From Candidatus Thorarchaeota archaeon (GTDB lineage: Archaea; Asgardarchaeota; Thorarchaeia; Thorarchaeales; Thorarchaeaceae), in assembly GCA_016840855.1 (NCBI GenBank), contig JAEORO010000137.1, forward strand, positions 1-13,049: a DNA stretch of 13,049 bases, in the 5' to 3' direction. Below the pieces are notes generated by a model. That model had not been told where the DNA came from, ran no database searches, and worked only from the letters and a program-made list of their open reading frames with translations. Below, in pieces: positions 7,649-13,049 of this stretch. Every line of letters starts with the position of its first letter. Position 1 is the first letter of the stretch. A program made the position numbers and the translations under genes.

Positions 7649-9037
7649 TCAGATCATCTTTGTTGGATCCAAGATTTCATCTAGGTCTCCATCAATCTCA
7701 ATTCCTGACTTGACAACAACCTCACGGATTGACTTCCCGGTTTTATAAGCAGTCTGAGCAATCTCTGCAGCTTTGTCATAGCCAATAATAGGAGCAAGGC
7801 GTGTCACAACCATTAAACTATGCTCTAGCTGTTGCTTGATTCTTTTCTCATTCGCTTCTAAACCTACTAAGCAGTTTTCGATAAAAGAGTCGATGCCTCG
7901 AGCGAGGAGGTGTATCGATTCCAATAGATTGGTAATCATTAAAGGCTTAGTGACGTTAAGATCTAGAATACTCCCAAACCCCTCTGCGGCAGCTATTGAG
8001 GCATCATTACCTATCACTTGAATTGCGACTTGGATTAATGCCTCGGATTGCGTTGGATTCACTTTTCCGGGCATTATCGATGAACCTGGTTCATTTTGTG
8101 GTAGTATAAGTTCACCAAGCCCTGATCGAGGACCACTTCCCAACCAACGAATATCATTTGCCATCTTCATGCATGTTAAAGCAAGAGATCGTAATGCAGC
8201 ACTTGTCTTAACAATAGCAGCGTGAGATGCGATGCCTTCAGCTTGGACAGGATTTGCCTGAAATTTAAAACCAGTAATCTTACTGAGTTCTTTTGTAGCT
8301 CGCTCGCTAAAACCTCTCGGAGTATTGAGCCCAGTTCCTAAAGCTGTTCCACCTAATGGGATATACAAGAGACCCTCCATAGCAGATGCAATATCTCTTG
8401 TTTGTAATGATACGACTTGTTCCTTATAGACGCTAAATTCCGTTGAGAGCGGAATAGGCACTGCATCCTGCAGATGCGTACGACCAACTTTTACAATTTT
8501 CTCGAATTGCTTGATTTTTTCTTCAAGAACTCCTCTTAATCTGTTAAGCGTAGGCAACAGAGTATCTTTAACCGCTATCAAGGTTGATACATGCATTGCT
8601 GTTGGGATGACATCATTACTTGACTGGGACATATTGACAGTATTGTTTGGATGAACAGGTGATTTCTTACCTCTTGGGTGGCCCAGGATTTCATTCGCTC
8701 TGTTACTCAAGACCTCATTCATGTTCATATTAGTCTGAGTCCCAGAACCGGTTTGATAGATATCAATTGGAAATTGGTCATCAAACTGACCTTGAATGAC
8801 TTCATCAATTGCTGTCAGAATGGCTAAAGCGATATCATCTGGCACGAGTCTTGAAGCTTGATTGGCAATTAGACACGCCTTCTTGACCTGAGCTAGAGAT
8901 TGTATGAACTTGGGTGAAAAAGTACGGCCACTTATCTTGAAGTTCATTAAGGCACGTTGAGTGTTTATTCCCCAATAGACATTATCGGGAACATCAAGCT
9001 CGCCAATTGAATCCGTTTCTTTTCTCGTCTTAGCCAC
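7649..9037 (-). CDS. fumC: Class II fumarate hydratase
   Basis: QTGSGTQTNMNMNEV (FumC-type, not the AspA-type QGGAGTS), SQSSND, GRTHLQDA, GSSIMPGKVNP. Probable start GTG 9037 after an SD-like GGGGT; the track start TTG 9055 is an alternative. Confidence 0.93.
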   Translation of the reverse strand: MAKTRKETDSIGELDVPDNVYWGINTQRALMNFKISGRTFSPKFIQSLAQVKKACLIANQASRLVPDDIALAILTAIDEVIQGQFDDQFPIDIYQTGSGTQTNMNMNEVLSNRANEILGHPRGKKSPVHPNNTVNMSQSSNDVIPTAMHVSTLIAVKDTLLPTLNRLRGVLEEKIKQFEKIVKVGRTHLQDAVPIPLSTEFSVYKEQVVSLQTRDIASAMEGLLYIPLGGTALGTGLNTPRGFSERATKELSKITGFKFQANPVQAEGIASHAAIVKTSAALRSLALTCMKMANDIRWLGSGPRSGLGELILPQNEPGSSIMPGKVNPTQSEALIQVAIQVIGNDASIAAAEGFGSILDLNVTKPLMITNLLESIHLLARGIDSFIENCLVGLEANEKRIKQQLEHSLMVVTRLAPIIGYDKAAEIAQTAYKTGKSIREVVVKSGIEIDGDLDEILDPTKMI

Positions 9038-9071
9038 ATTCGGAACCCCGTGCAAAACTGATGAAATACTA

Positions 9072-9941
9072 CTATATCATCAGATCATCAATTATCTTTT
9101 GGACATCTTCAAGATTCGTTTTGTGGTCCTTTAGAGGTACGTCTTGGGGCAAAGCAAGGTCAGCAGCCAAGTCGGGTGCTTCTATCTTATAGAAGACACC
9201 AATTGGAATCTTTCCCTCCATCGAAAGTGCCTTTTCAAGTGCAGCAACTCGGTTGGAGGTATCATGTCCATTGTCTTGTAGTGAGTATGTGTTTTCATTA
9301 TAGAATTTCCATGTTAGCTGCCTGTTCCATGTCACGCATGGTTGTAGGATGTCAACGACAGCAAAACCTCTGTGTTTTACAGCATCAACCATGAGATTGA
9401 CTAAAGCCTTTTGATCACCTGAAAATCCTCGAGCTACGTAGGTAGCTCCAGCAGTGATGGCTAATGCAACAGGATTTGCAGGATCCATTGGTGCGCCGGG
9501 AGGAGGAGGGGATGTGTTTGAAACATAGCCCCTTGGAGCTGCTGGTGAGAACTGACCTTTTGTGAGACCCATAACGCCATTATTGTGAATAAATACAGCC
9601 AGATTGACATTTCGTCGAGCTGCATGCACAAAATGGCTGAGACCTTCACCAAGACAGTCACCATCACCAGTATGCACTATTACTTCAAGATCCTTGTTTG
9701 CTAAATGGATTCCAGTAGCAACAGGTATTGGTCTTCCATGAAGATTATGGAAACTATTGAGACCTCCTATATAGTGAGGAGCTTTCCCAGAACAACCAAT
9801 ACCAGAGGAAATGACGAGATTGTGTACTGGAATGTCGAGTTCAAGGACAGCTTTTTTGAGTGCAGCTAGAATTCCATAATTTCCGCAACCTGTGCACCAA
9901 GTCACTTTTTGTGGTCCTTCAAGTTGATCTGCAGCTGTCAT
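9072..9941 (-). CDS. korB: 2-oxoacid:ferredoxin oxidoreductase beta subunit (TPP-binding)
   Basis: WCTGCGN, SGIGCS, LHGR, GDGD, NNGVMGLTKGQ, LQPCVTWN. ATGA overlap with the alpha gene and SD GGAGGT. Substrate specificity cannot be read from the sequence. Confidence 0.92.
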   Translation of the reverse strand: MTAADQLEGPQKVTWCTGCGNYGILAALKKAVLELDIPVHNLVISSGIGCSGKAPHYIGGLNSFHNLHGRPIPVATGIHLANKDLEVIVHTGDGDCLGEGLSHFVHAARRNVNLAVFIHNNGVMGLTKGQFSPAAPRGYVSNTSPPPPGAPMDPANPVALAITAGATYVARGFSGDQKALVNLMVDAVKHRGFAVVDILQPCVTWNRQLTWKFYNENTYSLQDNGHDTSNRVAALEKALSMEGKIPIGVFYKIEAPDLAADLALPQDVPLKDHKTNLEDVQKIIDDLMI

Positions 9942-11662
9942 TTGATACCAACCTCCTTAATCTTATCAACTATCCATCTTGCAGTCATAGGTCGTCCGTC
10001 GTACTTGTTGATATTGTGGTGAACTGATATCCCCGTAGCCATTTTGACAAGTTGCGCAAATTGCGAGGTAACATTCTGCTCAATAGCGATAATCTGTCTT
10101 GATTTTCTCAGGACCTTCCTAAGTTTCTCAGTTCGTAAAGGATAGATATCGCAGAAGTGTAGCTGATTGATTGACAATCCTGCATCCTTCAAGATTTGCA
10201 TTGCTTCGTTGGCAGCACCCCATGTTGAGCCCCAAGTAAGTAGAGTGATTTTTGCATCCTCATCACCAAATAGCTCAGGAGATTTCAATTCCTTCATGAT
10301 AGCAGGCAGCTTGTTCATGAACTTAGCCACCATACTATTCCGTATGTCTGCATTCTCAGTTATGTGACCATCTTCGCGATGGACGTTTCCAGATGACACC
10401 ACCGATTTACCATCATCACCCGGAAATGCACGTGGTGAGATACCATCATCAGTCAATAGGTATCGCTTGTATTCAGAATCTGGACCGTCTTTTGCTAGTT
10501 TCCCACGATCAATCTTCACTCCTGCTACGTCGATTCTAGGGACATTCATGACTGAATCAGCAAAATACTGATCCCCAAGAATCATTACAGGAATCTGAAA
10601 TTTGTCTGCTAGATTAAAAGCTCGTATCGCGACATCAAATCCATCAAGTGGATCCTTTGGTGCAAGCATGATACGTGGGAACTCCCCTTGGCTAGCAAAT
10701 GCCATAAAGAGGAGGTCACCTTGCTCGGTACGGGTCGGTAATCCTGTGCTGGGGCCAGGTCTCTGAGCATTATAAATCACAACAGGAACTTCACCCATTG
10801 CAGCAAGGCCAACTGCTTCAACCATTAAGGAGAAACCACCTCCGGATGTCGTGACCATTGAGCGAGCTCCAGCATAAGATGCCCCAATTGCCATACAGAT
10901 AGCAGAGAGCTCATCTTCAGTTTGTAATGCTCCGATATTCAGATCTCGGGAGTATGATATAATATCCATAAACACCGATGTGGATGGACTCATTGGATAT
11001 GCGGAAATCCACTTCAGATTTGCAGTCATTGCACCAAAGGCTAGCGCACGACTCCCTGTGAGTAATAGTTTGTCCTTGCAGGGACCAGTCTTCAACGTAT
11101 CAAGATTATATCGACAAGTCCCTGTAAATTTCTCTGTAGTCATGTCATAGAGTGCCTTAGCTACGGCAATGTTTCCCTCGACTATTTTCTTACCTTTTCT
11201 GCCAAAAATTGTGGTGAGGGATTCTTCAGCAAGAGTGAATGGAAACCGCAAAACTGACAGGATTGCACCGAGTGCTGCAGCGTTCATCATTCGAACATTG
11301 CCACCAACCTCTTTCGCAACCTTCTCTAACGGTGCTTGATAATGGCATGCTTCAAGGTCATCAAACTCGATTGTATCATCAAAGATAATCACTCCTTCCT
11401 CCACAAGGCGATCTCGTTGTCCAGTGATTGCATCGCGTGAGAGAGCGACTATCACATCGATGTAGTCAACTGGGGCATGAATTGGTTTGTCGCTGACTCG
11501 TACTTGTGTGAAATTATATCCACCTCGAATTCTTGATTCAAAATCCTTGATTGTAAATGTGTAGAATCCAGCTTGAACGAAAACCTGAGTCAGTAGGTCT
11601 CCAATTGTATCGATACCTTGACCAGCTTCTCCACCAATGTTGAACGTAATGTCCATAGTCAC
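9938..11662 (-). CDS. korA: 2-oxoacid:ferredoxin oxidoreductase alpha subunit (fused gamma-alpha type)
   Basis: GGEAGQGI, SRIRGG, YPMSP (YPITP-equivalent), QTEDE, TSGGG, QRPGPSTGLPTRTEQGD, WGST, KYDGRP. GTG 11662 follows SD GGGAGTGA; ATG 11656 is an alternative start. Confidence 0.93.
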   Translation of the reverse strand: MTMDITFNIGGEAGQGIDTIGDLLTQVFVQAGFYTFTIKDFESRIRGGYNFTQVRVSDKPIHAPVDYIDVIVALSRDAITGQRDRLVEEGVIIFDDTIEFDDLEACHYQAPLEKVAKEVGGNVRMMNAAALGAILSVLRFPFTLAEESLTTIFGRKGKKIVEGNIAVAKALYDMTTEKFTGTCRYNLDTLKTGPCKDKLLLTGSRALAFGAMTANLKWISAYPMSPSTSVFMDIISYSRDLNIGALQTEDELSAICMAIGASYAGARSMVTTSGGGFSLMVEAVGLAAMGEVPVVIYNAQRPGPSTGLPTRTEQGDLLFMAFASQGEFPRIMLAPKDPLDGFDVAIRAFNLADKFQIPVMILGDQYFADSVMNVPRIDVAGVKIDRGKLAKDGPDSEYKRYLLTDDGISPRAFPGDDGKSVVSSGNVHREDGHITENADIRNSMVAKFMNKLPAIMKELKSPELFGDEDAKITLLTWGSTWGAANEAMQILKDAGLSINQLHFCDIYPLRTEKLRKVLRKSRQIIAIEQNVTSQFAQLVKMATGISVHHNINKYDGRPMTARWIVDKIKEVGIK

Positions 11663-11699
11663 AAATCACTCCCGTATTATCAATCAGGAGTTTGTGTCG

Positions 11700-11837
11700 C
11701 TCTTATGTCCTTTGTTAGAGGAGTGAATCGATGAAGAGTTTCAATAAATTTTTTCAAAGGGAGTTTGAAGTATTTCTTAATCTTGGTTTACTGTCCAAGG
11801 TGGCGGACCCGGAATTTAACAAAGGGACAGATGAGAG
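11700..11837. repeat. Imperfect inverted repeat pair (11700-11717 and 11817-11837) flanking ~100 bp
   Basis: CTCTTATGTCCTTTGTTA versus the reverse complement of the right arm, CTCTCATCTGTCCCTTTGTTA. Confidence 0.55.
11741..11755 (-). promoter_or_regulatory. Putative BRE/TATA promoter of the kor-fumC operon
   Basis: Minus strand GAAAAAATTTATTGA would place the TSS near 11715, giving a ~55-nt leader with a strong SD. Confidence 0.45.
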
Positions 11838-11842
11838 AGTAT

Positions 11843-12448
11843 TCAATCCTCAAGATGCAAATCTTTCTCTTGCGCTTTCTTCTCTCCCTCAAAGGAATCC
11901 CAGTCGCTTTTTCGTTTCTCTCGACGTCGTTTCCACCAAGACAAGTCCAATCGCATTCCTGACCATGGGGATATCACCTCTGGACCTTCAATCTTCCAGA
12001 GCATAATAAGTCCGAAAATGAATTGTATCGGTATTGGATAGATTAGTTTGAATCCTCCAGCCATACCTGAAAAGTATATGGTCAATAGTGGAGGAAAAAT
12101 AATACTGATTAGTCCAACCATCGTTGCATTGTACCTCGAAGTCTTAGCCTTATAATATCGGACGACCCAGATTGCGTATACAACATTGAGAATCGTGAAC
12201 GGTAATGTAGCGTATATCCAGATTGGATCAAAGATAATTATTGGAAGAATACCAAAAGGGCCCGGATTAAAGTAACCACCCAATGGATAGACCCACAACA
12301 AAGAATAGACCATGGATGGGAGGAGGAAGATTGATTCAGGGACAAATCCTAAGGGCATCGTGGCGGTTATAATAATCATAAAGAATGCAATGACCCCTGG
12401 ACTCACTCCATAGAGTTCCATCTCTGTCGAATACTCTTCTGTACTCAT
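11843..12448 (-). CDS. Uncharacterised multi-pass membrane protein (paralogue 1; ~4-5 TM helices, charged C-terminal tail)
   Basis: Several hydrophobic segments, an SD-like GAGGG upstream, and clear homology to the neighbouring ORF with mainly synonymous divergence in the conserved block. Confidence 0.85.
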   Translation of the reverse strand: MSTEEYSTEMELYGVSPGVIAFFMIIITATMPLGFVPESIFLLPSMVYSLLWVYPLGGYFNPGPFGILPIIIFDPIWIYATLPFTILNVVYAIWVVRYYKAKTSRYNATMVGLISIIFPPLLTIYFSGMAGGFKLIYPIPIQFIFGLIMLWKIEGPEVISPWSGMRLDLSWWKRRREKRKSDWDSFEGEKKAQEKDLHLED

Positions 12449-12588
12449 TCCAGACCCTCAGCTCCCGATGTATGTATTAAATTTGATAAGCTCTTTGATT
12501 GTCTTAGACTTGTATATACTACACAATGATTGTATATTTTCTTCTTGCTAAACATGTAGATAACCTGCATCAGTCGAATTTTCTTGCT

Positions 12589-13049
12589 CTAGTGTTTTTT
12601 CTCTTCTTCAAAAGGGTCCCAGTCACTCTTCCTCTTTGGTTGATCCCTCTTCCACCATGAGAGATCTAGTCTCATGCCGGACCACGGAGATATTACTTCT
12701 GGACCCTCAATCCTCCAGAGAATGATTAATCCTACGATGAATTGGATTGGAATCGGGTAGATGACCATGAACTGTCCGAACAACCCTGTAATGTAGAGAG
12801 CAAACATAGTAGGCAGAATGATACTCAGTAAACCAAGCATGAGTACACTGTTCTTCGAAGCTTTTGCTTGGTAGTATCGGACTATCCAGATTACAAAGAG
12901 GATGTTCAGAATTGTCAATGGAAGAAAAATGAAGGGATAAAATAACACCATAATGAGGAATATTGGTATGCCAATTTCAGTGGCGATGAATCCAAGGGGA
13001 AAGATTAACGAAACAATGAACATGATTAGTGCTATTACTCCAGGACTCA
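12589..13049 (-). CDS. Uncharacterised multi-pass membrane protein (paralogue 2), 5'-truncated by the window edge
   Basis: The frame stays open upstream of ATG 13023 to the edge and reads SPGVIALIM, matching paralogue 1 VSPGVIAFFM, so the real start lies outside the window. Confidence 0.85.
   Translation of the reverse strand, partial: SPGVIALIMFIVSLIFPLGFIATEIGIPIFLIMVLFYPFIFLPLTILNILFVIWIVRYYQAKASKNSVLMLGLLSIILPTMFALYITGLFGQFMVIYPIPIQFIVGLIILWRIEGPEVISPWSGMRLDLSWWKRDQPKRKSDWDPFEEEKKH

Noticed and set aside
5160-7660. Selenocysteine read-through at the TGA stops of sdhB and fumC
   Set aside because: Both TGAs fall at the expected family C-termini and are followed within a few codons by another stop; no SECIS-like element was recognised.
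7649-9055. Aspartate ammonia-lyase (AspA) assignment
   Set aside because: QTGSGTQTNMN is the FumC-type motif, and the neighbours are sdhAB.
1821-10367. Short ORFs nested in or antisense to the TPR, SBP, sdh, fumC and kor genes (e.g. 1821-2015, 3484-3681, 5549-5800, 6488-6850, 6540-6881, 9176-9394, 10167-10367)
   Set aside because: Each lies wholly within a motif-supported gene and shows no recognisable motif.
11765-11962. 65-aa plus-strand ORF
   Set aside because: TTG start, no recognisable motif, and it overlaps both the inverted-repeat element and the membrane gene antisense.
11843-13049. The two membrane paralogues as the missing SdhC/SdhD anchors
   Set aside because: They have no His in TM segments for haem b, no resemblance I can recognise to SdhC/D or FrdC/D, and are separated from sdhAB by three genes and a probable promoter. 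A haem-less anchor role is not excluded but has no positive support.
1-13049. CRISPR array, tRNA/rRNA, transposase or integrase
   Set aside because: No regularly spaced repeats, cloverleaf or recombinase motifs were seen, and intergenic gaps are all 180 bp or less.

Overview
Gene-dense, moderately AT-rich prokaryotic DNA. TATA/BRE-like promoters, GGAGTGA/GAGGTGA-type SD sites, probable leaderless starts and a C-terminally anchored SBP point to an archaeon; the TPR, SBP and membrane-protein types resemble Asgard (Thorarchaeia-like) genomes, which is inference and not searched. Left part: a secreted right-handed beta-helix protein (minus strand, runs off the left edge, missed by the ORF track) is divergent from a ribbon-helix-helix regulator and a TPR protein. 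From 13049 to 3278 all genes are on the minus strand: two tandem paralogous membrane proteins, 2-oxoacid:ferredoxin oxidoreductase alpha/beta, class II fumarase, succinate dehydrogenase/fumarate reductase A and B with no recognisable anchor subunits, and an orphan family-5 peptide-binding protein. Most notable are the circularly permuted SBP, the anchor-less SdhAB clustered with FumC and OFOR, a structured repeat-rich region upstream of korA, and an invariant 22-aa motif shared by the membrane paralogues. No rRNA, tRNA, CRISPR array or transposase was recognised.
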